A stretch of DNA of 64,000 nt from Octopus sinensis (GCF_006345805.1 NC_043019.1:11035360-11099359); one strand, 5' to 3'; shown: positions 51,095 through 63,639, counted from the first letter of the stretch. The notes: a model not told the origin generated them from the letters alone. Numbers and translations are program-made.

Positions 51095-52685
51095 AAGTAT
51101 TCCTGTGATGGACTGGCGTCTGTCCACATAGGGGAATACAAGCACCACAGAAATGGGGAAACTGACCCTACAAATCTATGATGACTCGGGAAGGACCTTT
51201 ATCCAATCCTTTAATTGCTTTAGAAATACAGAACACACTGAGATAACACACGGCCCCCATCTTTGACCTTAACCCCTTTTACTGTGGAAATCAGATATAT
51301 CCTCTCAAAATTTCATTACTACAGAAAGCAGTTTTATTTACTGGTCTATCTTTTGTTGAAGAATGTTATGTTTGAAGCTATTTTTTAGTTGAGATTTGTC
51401 AAATTTATTGAGGCAATGTAACTAGCGGAAAATACCAATCCAATTTTTTTGTATATATTTAACAATAGGTGTAGGAGTGATTGTGTGGTATGTAGTTTGC
51501 TTGCCGACCACATGGTTTCGGGTTCAGTCCCACTGCATGGCACCTTGGGCAAGTGTCTTCTACTATAGCCTCAGGCTGACCAAAGCCTTGTGAGTGGATT
51601 TGGTAGACAGAAACTGAAAGAAGCCTGTCGTATATATGTATGTATATATATATATGTATGTGTGTCTGTATTTGTCCCCCCAACATCGCTTGACAACCGG
51701 TGCTGGTGTGTTTACGTCCCCGTAACTTAGCGGTTCGGCAAAAGTGACCGATATAATAAGTACTAGGATTACAAAGAATAAGTCCTGGGGTCGATTTGCT
51801 CGACTACAGGCGGTGCTCCAGCATGGCCGCAGTCAAATGACTGAAACAAGTAAAAGAGTAAAAAGAGAGTAAAGAGATGTGGCTGTGTGGTAAGAAGCTT
51901 GTTTTCCAACTACATGGTTATGGGTTCAGTTCCACTGTATGGCACCTTGGGCAAGTGTCTTCTACTATAGCCTCAGGCCAACCAAAGCCTTGTGAGTGGA
52001 TTTGGTAGACGGAAACTGAAAGAAGCCCTGTATCTATATATGTGTGTTTTTGTGTCTGTGTTTGTCCCCCAGCACTGCTTGGCAACTGGAGTTGGTGACT
52101 TTATGTCCCTGTAACTTGGCGGATCAGCAAAAGAGACCGATAAAATAAGTACTAGGCTTTAAAAAAATGTCCTGGGGTCGATTTGTTCGACTAAAACCCT
52201 TCATGGGGGTGCTCCAGCATGGCCACAGTTGAATACAAAAATAGTAAAAGAATATAAAAATCATTATTGGAATAGCCATGAAATTTAATTTCACAGTTTA
52301 ACGATTAAGACTGCTTAATTAAGCCTGACCTGGAATTAAACAATGGTCACTGATCCAAATTAGATTGTAGTTATCCTCTTATACTAACCCTTGTTGTGTG
52401 TGTGTGTGGGGGGATATTCTTTATCGTTAATCCCTACCCTACTTCTTTGACTCAGGGAATAAATTTTATGCAGCAAGGAGAAATGAAGTCTTAACCACTT
52501 TTAGCCAGAGCTATCAAACAAGAGGGGGAAAAACAATGTGTCTTGTATTTGGTAATTTAATACTCTGATGAGGGAGAAGAAATTTCTGAATGAAATAGCG
52601 AAGAGTTATTCCATAAGTCTGCCAGAGTTATGGAATGGCTATCGCTAACTCACAGTGAAAGAAAAGAGCCTGAAACTTGAGAAAA

Positions 52686-53084
52686 TCTTTATATATAAAA
52701 GAGAGGTTGTGTGAGTATCTGTCTCCTACGATTTAGATTCCTAACTACTCCCACATTTTGCGGTGCAGTTTAACCAAAACCGGGTATCTTATAGTCGTGA
52801 TTCATATCGAGCCCTTCTAGGTATTAGCGCGCATCTACGATGAGTCTACGATTTAAAAAAAAATTTACCATAATTTTTTTCCATTTTAATGCATTTTTTC
52901 GCTATTATATAAGGGAAGTAACTCTCTAAAAATGTCTACGATGAGAGTCAACGATTAAAAAAAAATTACAATAATTTTTTTCCATTTTAATGCATTTTTT
53001 GCTATTTCTTGGCTATAACTCTCTAAAAATGCTTATATAGTTATTTCCCTTACAAACCCGAGCAACGCCGGGCGATACTGCTAG
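52686..53084 (+). mobile_element. Non-autonomous Helitron
   Basis: A|TCTTTATATATAAA 5' end, a subterminal hairpin CCCG-agcaacgc-CGGG, CTAG|T 3' end and no TSD. An internal ~95-bp segment is duplicated in tandem. Confidence 0.8.
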
Positions 53085-53187
53085 TATATATATAAAGTTA
53101 AAATTTTAGGCAAAATAATTCTTTCAGAATTGTAATTCCCATTGAATAAAACACAAATATATTAATTAATTAATTAATTAATTAATG

Positions 53188-53242
<55 letters not shown>

Positions 53243-54138
53243 TAATAATAATGGTTTCAAATTTTGCCACAAGGGCAGTAGTTTTGGGAGAGGGGATGAG
53301 TTGATTACATTGACCCCCAGTACTTGACTGGTACTAAATTTAAGGATGAAAGGAAAAAATCGACCACGGCGGATTTTGAACTCAGAACGTAGCAGTGGGT
53401 GAATGATGATGATGGTGGTGGTGGTGGTGGTGGTGGTGGTGGTGGTGGTGGTGGTGATGATGATGATGGTGATGGTGGTGGTGGTGGTGGTGGTGGTGGT
53501 GGTGGTGGTGGTGGTGATGATGATGTTGATGATGGTGATGGTGGTGGTGATGATGATGATGGTGATGGTGATGGTGATGGTGGTGGTGGTGGTGGTGGTG
53601 GTGGTGGTGGTGGTGGGGATGATGATGATGGTGATGGTGGTGGTGGTGATGATGATGATGATGATGGTGATGGTGATGGTGATGGTGCTGGTGCTGGTGA
53701 TGGTGGTGGTGATGATGATGATGATGATGATGATTTCTTTTATTGGCCACAAGTGCCCAAGACATGGAGGACAATATCAAAGGACGAATTTACAACACAT
53801 AAAAACTAAGCAAAAAAATACAAAAAATTACAAAAACAAAAAAAAAACTAAAAAGAAACAAAAACCCGGTGGGGTTTACATCAATCAAAGGAGGATATTA
53901 CCAAATAAAAGGATCTAACAGATGAAATATAAAAGAAATTAGAGAAATAAATACTAAATAAATAAATAATTAGATTTCGTAGTTATGGGGTAATCCAGGT
54001 TAAACCACATGCAAAAAATCTCAGATTACTTTGCCATCCCCAAAGCTTGGGAAAGTGCCATCTTTGAGTTTCTTTCCTGCTGCTTAGAAAAGCATACTCA
54101 GAGTCGGTCCATTCAGTCTCAGACTTGCCACTAATATT

Positions 54139-54194
<56 letters not shown>

Positions 54195-54231
54195 TAATAA
54201 TGATAATAATAATAATAATATTAATAATAAT

Positions 54232-55065
54232 AGAAATCAGCAAAATGTGGAAGCTGAAGACTAAAACAATACCTGTTGTCATAGGTGCCCTGGGAATGAT
54301 AGGAAAAGGGGCTGATAGCTACCTAAACTCAGATACCAGGAAACCCAAAATTGGCAGAAATTCAAAAGATAGTGTCATGGGAACTGCTCATATCCTACGC
54401 AAAATACTTCTATGTAATCTCAAGGTTTAAAACAAACAATGAATTTCGGTTTTAAAAAAATAAAAAAAATTAAAAAAAAAACTTTTTTTTAGACATTCAT
54501 TAGTGACAACCCCCCCCCCCAAAAAAAATTATGGCACACTAGGCATAACAACAACATGAACTTCAAACCCTGTGTCTCTTGAGGTCTCTGGGTGAGGACT
54601 TGGAGCCAACTTGTAAAATATAAAGCAAAAGTCAAACATAGAATAATAATAAAATGCTTTCTAATTGATGTATCAATACCGACAGATGACACGTGTCTCT
54701 AAAAGAAATGGAAAGAGAAGAAGAAACTTCAAAATACAAAGACCTGGAAATGGACGGTAACCAGAATGTGGAATCTAAAAACAGAAACAATTCCTATCAT
54801 AGTAGGTTGCATTAGGCATGATAAAAAAATATTCAGACAAATAGATAACAAAAACACCAGAACTTACAAACACATATGCAATACAGAAAATTGCACTACT
54901 AGGCACTGCACACATCCTAAGCAGAACACTTTCCATACAATAACCATCAGAGCATCACAACAAATCACAGCACACACCCAAGGCACACAGAGCTGCGCTC
55001 GGTAGTGAAGTGAAAGCACGCTATAAAAATAAAACTACTGAATAATAATATTAATAATAAAGATA
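54232..55065 (+). mobile_element. Two Dong/R4-like RLE LINE 3' fragments next to (AAT)n tracts
   Basis: EISKMWKLKTKTIPVVIGALGMIGKG and KYKDLE..MWNLKTETIPIIVG. The first begins directly after (AAT)n at 54135-54231. Confidence 0.75.
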
Positions 55066-55532
55066 ATTGCTTTTGACTAAAGGCACAAGTCCTAAAATTT
55101 TGAAAGGAAGGGTCTAGTCAATTACATCGACCCCAGTGTTTCACTGGTACTTTATTTATCGACCCCGAATGGATGAAAAGTGAAGGTGACCTTTGCGAAA
55201 TTTGAACTCAGAAGGTAAAAACAGCCCAAAATACCGCTAAGCATTTTGCCCAGTGTGCTAACAATTCTGTCAGTCACTACCTCAATAATAATAATAATAA
55301 TATAATAATCCTTTCTGCTATAGGCACAAGGCCTGAATATTTTGCGGGGACGGGGCCAGTCGATTAGATCAACCAGTATGTAACTGGTACTTAATTTTTC
55401 GACCCCATAAAGGATGAAAGGTAAAGTCAACCTCAGCAGAATTTGAACGCAGAACATAGCGGCAGACGAAATACTGCAAAGCATTTCGCCCAATGTGCTA
55501 ACAATTCTGCCAGTTCACCGCCTTAACAATGA

Positions 55533-55566
<34 letters not shown>

Positions 55567-56474
55567 GGTGGTGGTGGCGGTGGTGGTGATGGTGGTGGTG
55601 ATGATGGTGATGATGGTGATGATGATGATGATGCTGGTGGTGGTGGTGGTGGTGATGATGATGATGATGATGATGGTGGTGGTGATGATAATGATAATGG
55701 CTCCTGATTTAAACAAAGGGCCAGAAATTTAAAGGAGAATCTTAGTGGTCGATACCATCAGATTCAGTACTTGACAGGTACTTTACTGCACCGACCGTAA
55801 AGGGATGAAAGACAAAGTCAACCTTGGAAGGATTTGAACCCAGAACGACAAGAGCAGCCAAATCTTTGCCCATGAAATGAGATAAGCGATGGCTGTTCCA
55901 AAATTCCTCTGATTTCTCTTCTTCCTCATGGCATCGAACATATTCAATACCCATATTTTTTCTGTTCTTTTCGACAAACCAGAATGTCACTAGATTCTCT
56001 GGCTTCTGCCCCGTTTTCCCTATCGGCTCTTTAACGACTCCTTTAAGTACAGGGTGACCTAAATTGGATAGAAAAAGAGAGAGAGAGAGAAAGAGAAAGA
56101 AAGTGGCAGAACCATGCCTGCGTCCCCTACTCTTCCTCCGCCTTCCGTTTTGGTCTCTACGTACCCCTCCTCTCACCGATACCATCAGCAGTGTTTCACC
56201 TGCAATACTTGTTACACACTCGCATATACATGGGTAGGAAGGACTTTAACACTCTGCGATAGGGAAGGAGAGAAGCTGCATAGTCTTCTGTGGAGAAATA
56301 CAAGAAGGAAGAATTTGAGATTGCAGGGAGGGAAATAATATACTTTGTGCTGCATGGGTTTGGGTATATAGAATATAGAATGTACAGATATATATATATA
56401 TATATGCGTGTGTGTGTGTGTGTGTGTGGGTGTGTATGTATGTATGTTGTATGTATGTATGTATGTATGTATGT

Positions 56475-56526
<52 letters not shown>

Positions 56527-56570
56527 TATATATATATATACATATGTATATATATAATATATATACATAG

Positions 56571-56602
<32 letters not shown>

Positions 56603-58077
56603 GTATATATATACATATATATAATATTATTATGTATATATATACATACATGCATACATAGATACATACATACATATATATATATATAATATCTATATAT
56701 ATATATACATATATATATATATACACACACATACACAGACACACACACACACACACATATATATTGGATATTTATGTTGTGAGAGCTTAAATTTTGTATG
56801 CATATTTGCATCCAGTTTTATATCTTTGTGTGTGAGTGTGTGTGTGTATTTATATATATATATGTGTATGTATATGTGTGTGTATCTGTGTGTGTGTGTG
56901 TAAATGATGAATGTGTGATATGTGTATGTATGAGTGTGTGAACCAGATCATCCTCACAGACACATACACACACACACACACACACTGATGCACACTGGTA
57001 CTATCGTTTTCACCCGTAATATATCTGAAAGACATCTACAAGGGATGGTTCAATGCAGACACTCAACCTTCTTAAAACAGCAGCCAAATCTGCCTCAAAT
57101 TACATCATGCTATCTTTAAAAAAAAAGAAGGCAGCAAGAAGGGATGATTGGATAATGTTATCGTATGCTGCAGTTATCATATGTCTGTCTGGTCAGCCAG
57201 GCTTAACAGCATCATGTCAGAAATAGCAAAGGCTTTGAGGAGTGAAACAACATCAATAAATAATGAGGACGACAACGACGACTGCCAGTTCCAAGAATTG
57301 AAACCACAAACTCAAGATCATGAGTACAACACCCTAACCACTTGGTCATGTGCCCTCAACAATACATATATATTACATATATAATACAGAAACACATGTA
57401 ATGCAAAAACATTCCACAGGTGAGTGGCTGTGTGGTAAGTAGCTTGCTTACGAACCACATTCTTCCGGGTTCAGTCCCACTGCGTGGCACCTTGGGCAAG
57501 TATCTTCTATTATAGCCTCGGTCCGACCAAAGCCTTGTGAGTGGATTTGGTAGACGGAAACTGGAAGAAGCCCGTTGTATATATGTATATGTACATATGC
57601 GCGTGTGTTTGTGTGTCAGTGTTTGTAGCCCCAACATCGCTTGTTAACCGATGGTGGTGTGTTTACATCCCTGTAACCTAGTGGTTCAGCAAAAGAGACT
57701 AATAGAATAAGTACTAGGATTACTAAGAATAAGTCATGGGGTCGATTTGCTCGATCAAAGGCGGTGCTCCAGCATGGCCACTGTCAAATGACTGAAACAA
57801 GTAAAAGAGTAAAAAGCGTAAAAAGAGAGAGACTGCGAGAGTTGATAAAAGAGAAATAAAATTAAAAAATTTATTCTTTCTGTGCAGCTTGGAAGGAAAT
57901 GAGCCATGGTCTGATACTGATCTGTAACTCAGTGGTTGGGGTTCTCTGGTCTACGAGATCGGGGGGGGGGACCTAACCTGTTATCCTGTTAAACACTACC
58001 AATATGGCGTCTTGGGTGCCTTTCACAGAGGGGTCAACTTTGCAAACATTTGGGACAAATCTGTTGGTTTGAGAATA

Positions 58078-58550
58078 GCTTCTTTTCTTCCTTCCCCACC
58101 TGCTTTTTCTCTTTCCTTCATTCCTTCTCTCCTTCCCTTTCCCTCACCACTTCCTTCCCTGTCCCTCCTTCCCTTCTTCTTTATCCTTCCCTCTCTTTCC
58201 CTCCTTCCCTTTTCTCCATTCCCCTCTCACCATCACTCCCTCTCCCTCTTCCTTCCTTCCCTTCCCCTCTCTCCTTCCCTTCCCTCACTACTTCCTTCTA
58301 CTCCCCTTCTCCCCTCCCCCTTTATCATTCCCTCCTTTCCCCCTTTCTCCATTCTCCTCCTGTCTCCTTACCCCCCTTCCTTTTCCACTCTTACTCGGGG
58401 GGGGGGGGGGGAAATCCTCTTCTTTCCTCTCTCCCCCTTCCTTTCTCTTTCCTTACCTTCCTTTCCCCTTCCTCCTCCTCTCCCAACCATCTTTCCTTCC
58501 CCTTCTTTTTCTCCCCCCCCCGCTTCTTCCCTTCTCCTATTTCCCATCAA
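58078..58550. repeat. Long polypyrimidine (CCTT-rich) tract
   Basis: Direct reading. A polypurine counterpart lies at 49920-50335. Confidence 0.9.
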
Positions 58551-58581
58551 TCTTGGAAGGTTAAAGGTATTACATACTGTT

Positions 58582-58774
58582 AAGGCGGCAAGCTAGCGGT
58601 ATTTCGGCTGCCTTGTGAGTTCAAATTCCACCGAGGTCGACTTTGCCTTTCATCCTTTCGGGGTCGATAAATTACATACCAGTTACGCCCTGAGGTCGAT
58701 ATGATCGACTTAATACCTATGTCTGTCCATGTTTGTCCCCTCTATGTTTAGACCCCTGTGGGTAATAAAGAAAT
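58582..58774 (+). mobile_element. tRNA-derived SINE, family B, with 17-bp TSD
   Basis: TSD aggtattacatactgtt at 58565-58581 and 58775-58791. Other copies near 805-1010, 37820-37990, 53240-53400 and 55090-55870. Confidence 0.9.
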
Positions 58775-59485
58775 AGGTATTACATACTGTTCTGACTAAA
58801 AGATAAAAAAAACACAGGGGCATCCAATAGAGGACTTTATAATTTGTAAATCAAACTTATTAACCATTCCACCACACAGCACTCATAATCTATGTGAAGG
58901 CATGTGGCTTCGTGGTTAAAGGCGCAGGAATGGCCCAGGACTTATTCTTTGTAAATCTAGTACTTATTCTATCGGTCTCTTTTGCCGAACCGCTAAGTTA
59001 CTGAGATGTAAACACACCACCATCGGTTGTCAGGCAATGTTGGGGGGGACAAACACAGACACACAAACACACACACATTCTCTTTTCTCTTCTCTTTTAC
59101 TTGTTTCAGTCATGTGACTGTGGCCATGCTGGAGCACCGCCTTTAGTCGATCAAATCGACCCCAGGACTTATTCTTTGTAAGCCTAGTACTTATTCTATC
59201 GGTCTCTTTGCTGAACCGCTAAGTTACAGGGATGTAAACACACCAGCATCGGTTGTCAGGCGATGTTGGGGGGGACAAACACAGACACACAAACACACGC
59301 ACATCTGTACATATATATGACGGGTTTCTTTCAGTTTCCATCTACCAAATCCACTCACAAGGCTTTGGTCAGCCCGAGGATATAGTAGAAGACACTTGCC
59401 CAAGGTGCCACGCAGTGGGACTGACCTGGAACATATGGTTGGTAAGCAACGCTACTTACCACACAGCCACTCCTGCGCCTATAGA

Positions 59486-59563
<78 letters not shown>

Positions 59564-59914
59564 ATATATACATACACATACACATAAGCATGATGGGCTT
59601 CAGCATAGTTTCCATTTACCAGTTTCACTCACACGGCATTAGTCAATCTAACAGTATAGTGGACATCGCTCATGTGCGGTGCCTTGCAACTGGATGGAAC
59701 ACAAGACCACATGGTTGTCAAATGAACTCCTTCACCACAGAGTCATGCCTGAACCTATACACATGGCTGTGTGGTTTCCATGCAGAAGGTGTCCTCTGGT
59801 TCTTCCTAAATTATCATTATTATTATCAATTTATCTTTCGATGAATTCTCTCCTCCTAGCCCTATCCCCCATCACTCCTGCCGACTTTGGCAATAGCTAC
59901 CCACCCTCTTCACC

Positions 59915-60014
59915 NNNNNNNNNNNNNNNNNNNNNNNNNNNNNNNNNNNNNNNNNNNNNNNNNNNNNNNNNNNNNNNNNNNNNNNNNNNNNNNNNNNNNN
60001 NNNNNNNNNNNNNN
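59915..60014. other. Assembly gap (100 N)
   Basis: A run of exactly 100 N, which is probably a placeholder of unknown true size. Confidence 1.
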
Positions 60015-60458
60015 AATAAAGCACTCAGTTTTAAACGACATTGATTAACTATATCCAGTAATCAGATACCAGTGAATGTAAGAAGTATACACATTGAGGG
60101 TAATTCTTCATGGATGATAAGTAGATCCAAATATCCTTGAGAAGAATTCTGAGAAATTCAGAGTATTAGACAACAAAAACATACATACAGAAAATTGCAT
60201 CTTTGGTGAATTCAACAATTAAAGATGTAATTTTCTCTATCCCTATATTTGTTATATATGCATGTATGTATATGCAGAGTGGATAAAACAGTGGACAACT
60301 GATGAAGGGATTGTTCTTTATGCTGCCTGTCTCGTTTCTCTATTTGTTTCTTTTATTGTTTCCTTGTTTTTGTATTTCATGTTGTTTACGTTTTTTGACA
60401 TTTTGTACCAATATATGCATGTGTATATACATATATATGTATGTACATGTATGTATGT

Positions 60459-61489
60459 ATCATCATCATCATCATCATCATCGTTTAGCGTCCGTTTTCC
60501 ATGCTAGCATGGGTTGGACGGTTCTACTGGGGTCTGTGAAGCCAGAAGGCTTCATCAGGCCCAGTCAAATCTGGCAGTGTTTCTACGGCTGGATGCCCTT
60601 CCTAACGCCAACCACTCCGTGAGTGTAGTGGGTGCTTTTTACGTGCCACCTGCACTGGTGCCAGACAGAGCTGGCAAACGGCCCGAACGGATGGTGTTTT
60701 TATGTGCCACCGGCACGAGGGCCAGGCGAGGCTGGCACAGACACGAAACTGAGCAGTGCTGGCAACGGTCGCGAAACGGAAAGTTCTCTTACATGCCACC
60801 GGCACTGGTAACACATCTGCAATTCCATTGATCGATTTCCATTGATCGATTTCGATTCTGATCGTCACTTGCCTCACCGGGTCTTCACAAGCAGAGTTTT
60901 GACATGCCACCGGCACTGGTAGCACATCCGCAATTTCCATTGATCGATTTCGATTCTGATCCTCACTTGCCTCATCACGTCTTCACAAGTAGAGTTTGTG
61001 TCCCAAGAAGGGAAGGTATGCATACGTAGGCTGGCTCATCCCATGTAGAAGGCCACGGGTTATGGACTCACTTGTCCTGCCGGGTCTTCTCGCGCACAGC
61101 ACACTTCCAGAGGTCTCGGTCTCTAGTCCTTCCTCAGTGAGACCTAAAGTTCGAAGGTCGTGCTTCACCACCTCGTCCCAGGTTTTCCTGGGTCTGCCTC
61201 TTCCACAGGTTCCCTCAACCGCTAGGGTGTGGCACTTTTCCACACAACTATCTTCATCCATTCTCGCCACATGACCATACCAGCGCAAACGTTTCTCTTG
61301 CACACCACAACTGATGCTTCTTAGGTCCAGCTTTTCTCTCAGGGTACTTACACTCTGCCGAGTGTGAGTACCGGCATTACACATCCATCGGAGCATACTG
61401 GCTTCATTTCTAGCGAGCTTACGCATATCCTCAGCAGTCACGGCCCATGTTTCACTGCCATGTAGCATGGCTGTTCGTACACACGCGTA
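60459..61489 (-). mobile_element. RTE-clade LINE, 5'-truncated (ORF C-terminus, 3' UTR, (TGA)n tail)
   Basis: MLHGSETWAVT...RLRWYGHVARMDEDSCV...GRGRPRKTWDEVVKHDL. The 3' UTR has a ~110-bp internal tandem duplication (60793-61000). Confidence 0.9.
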
Positions 61490-61577
61490 TATATATGTAT
61501 ATATGCATATATATATATATATTATTTATATTACTATATGACCGAATGCCATGCATCCATTTCCAAGTAAGTTTTAT

Positions 61578-61624
<47 letters not shown>

Positions 61625-61714
61625 GGAGTTTACAAAAAAACAAAACAACAGATGAAGATGGGTGTGCAAACAACAAACAGATGTATTAGTTTAACACTCA
61701 GGAAACGAGAAAGT

Positions 61715-61750
61715 CTTTTACATTTTGAGCCTATGCTCTTCAACAGAAAG
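61715..61750 (-). ncRNA. Degenerate minimal hammerhead motif (Penelope-type)
   Basis: Minus strand: CTTT CTGTTGA A GAGC ATAG GCTC AAAA T GT A AAAG. Stems I and II are intact, but the core has A6>U, G12>A and C15.2>U. Confidence 0.4.
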
Positions 61751-62196
61751 GAACACAGAAATAAGCAGAGAGAGAAAATAAAAAGGTTTAGTGGCTAGCA
61801 ACCATACATATGTCACAATATATGGTTTCAAGTAATCTGGTATTACTCATAAAAAAAGCTCCTTAATGTATCATTGTACAAAACATATAGAATATATAGT
61901 AATACACAAGAGAAAAAGATAAGGAGTGTAGAAAGTCATATATGACAGAGAAATAGTTTGATGAACTTTTATTTAACTTTTCTTTAAAAGAAAAATCCAA
62001 ATAATATGGCAAATTTGTTTGTTTTTGAGTTACGAAATGAATGTCTTGTGATATTTGGATTTTTCCTTTGTTAAATGAAAGTTCATCTAAATATTGCTGT
62101 GTTATTTATGACTTTATATCTGTATATAGAGATAGATGGACAGATAGGTGGATAGATAAACAGAGACAGGCAGATAGATAGATAGATAGTTAACCG

Positions 62197-62258
62197 GATA
62201 ACTGAAGAGATAGCAGTGTGAATTTCCAATTCGGCATCCGAAACTCAGAGTTTTTATC
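62197..62258 (+). ncRNA. Type I hammerhead-like motif, partly decayed
   Basis: GATAA CTGAAGA G...(GAATT/AATTC hairpin)...C GAAACTC A GAGT T T TTATC. Stem I is GATAA/TTATC with one extra T, stem III is ACTC/GAGT, and stem II is imperfect. Confidence 0.45.
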
Positions 62259-62594
62259 TTGGCTACCGACTAATTGTCACGTATTACATTTACAGATAAA
62301 TTCCTCTATTTATATAATATCGAGGTCTCTTTCTTTCTTTTGTTATCTTACCGTTTTTATCAATATATATATATAGTGTAATAAATAAAATATATGCATA
62401 CATACTAACATATATGTACGTACCTACATCTACATGTATATATACATGCATATATAAATATATATACGTGTGTACAGGACACCACAAATAGACGTAGAAC
62501 TCAACGAGAAACGAAAAAGTAAAAACAGCATGGAACGAACCATTTTTTTTAACAACGAAAAACAGAGTACAAGGACAACTACACAAGGAAAAAT

Positions 62595-62669
62595 CCCCTT
62601 CATCAGCCGTCCCTAGTTCAACTCCAGCGTGTTTCGAAGGTGAGGACAGAACACGTCTCGTCGAACTAG
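62595..62669 (-). ncRNA. Candidate non-circularly permuted (pseudoknotted) hammerhead ribozyme
   Basis: Minus strand: CTAGTTCGAC gaga CGTGT T CTGTCC tca CCTTC GAAA CACG ctgga GTTGAACTAG GGACGG CTGATGA AGGGG. Core strands CUGAUGA, GAAAC and GUH are all present. Stem III has 5 bp, stem I has 6 bp, there is an extra 10-bp helix, and stem II is weak. Confidence 0.55.
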
Positions 62670-62715
62670 TCCTTCCTGCGAAGAATTAAATAAAATTCCT
62701 TTGCAGAGGGTAACC

Positions 62716-63180
62716 AGCCAGGATCCTGGTCTGGTGGTACGTAAAAAGCACTATCCGACTCGTGGCGTGGCACGTAAATACTCCAATGCGACCGTCGACA
62801 GGACCCTTGCCAACCCCTTTGCTGTAAGACATTTGGGGCAAGCGAAATCGAATCGAATGAACCACCAGGATCCCTGGTATGGTGGTACGTAAAAAGCACT
62901 ATCCGACTCGTGGCCGATGCCAGCCCCGCTCGACTGGCTTCCGTGCGGGTGGCACAAAATACACCAATCTGACCGTGGCCGTTGCCAGCCCGGCCTGGCA
63001 CCTGTGCAGGTGGCACGTAATAAAAAGCACACTACACTAGTTGGCGTTAGGAAGGGCATCCAGGTAGAAACTTGCCAAATTAGACGGAGCCTGGTGCAGC
63101 ATTCTGGCTTCCAGAACCCCGGTCGAACCGTCCAACCATGCTAGCATGAGAACGGACGTTACACGATGATGATGATGATA
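62716..63180 (+). mobile_element. RTE-clade LINE 3' UTR fragment with internal duplication
   Basis: Ends ...ccaaccatgctagcatgagaacggacgttacacgatgatgatg. The same tail also occurs at 120-260, 6257-6415, 21380-21480, 22700-22990 and 41930-42130. Confidence 0.75.
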
Positions 63181-63639
63181 TGCACACATACACATATATA
63201 CACATTCACACACATGCACATACACATACAATCACGCATGAACATGTTAATATATTTACTGGTAAGAGTTTAGAAGCTTTTCACAGAAAAAATTAAATTA
63301 GTAAAATATTAAAATTAATGTAAATAACTATCTCCAAGGCCCTGAAGCTATACTTTTGTACACATACATTCAATTTCACACATTTTACAATTTTCTTTTC
63401 TATGTTTAGAAGGTTCAAGAAGATTAAATAACCATTTTACAGTTCCTACATTAAGGTCAGTGGAACAAATGAAAAATATTGCAAAATTCCTAAAGTTCTT
63501 CTTAGCAGACATCTGTTGTGTGAAGAAGACTTTATATTGAATAACCATTCTTTCTCTAAAGATCTCCAAAAGGTGATTAGTTGTTCATGGAAACTAATTA
63601 AAAATGTCTAACAATGCTACCTGTTGAAGTTTACAAGAA

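Noticed and set aside
59679-60044. ORF spanning the N run
   Set aside because: It is an artefact of translating through the assembly gap, and contiguity across the gap is unverified.
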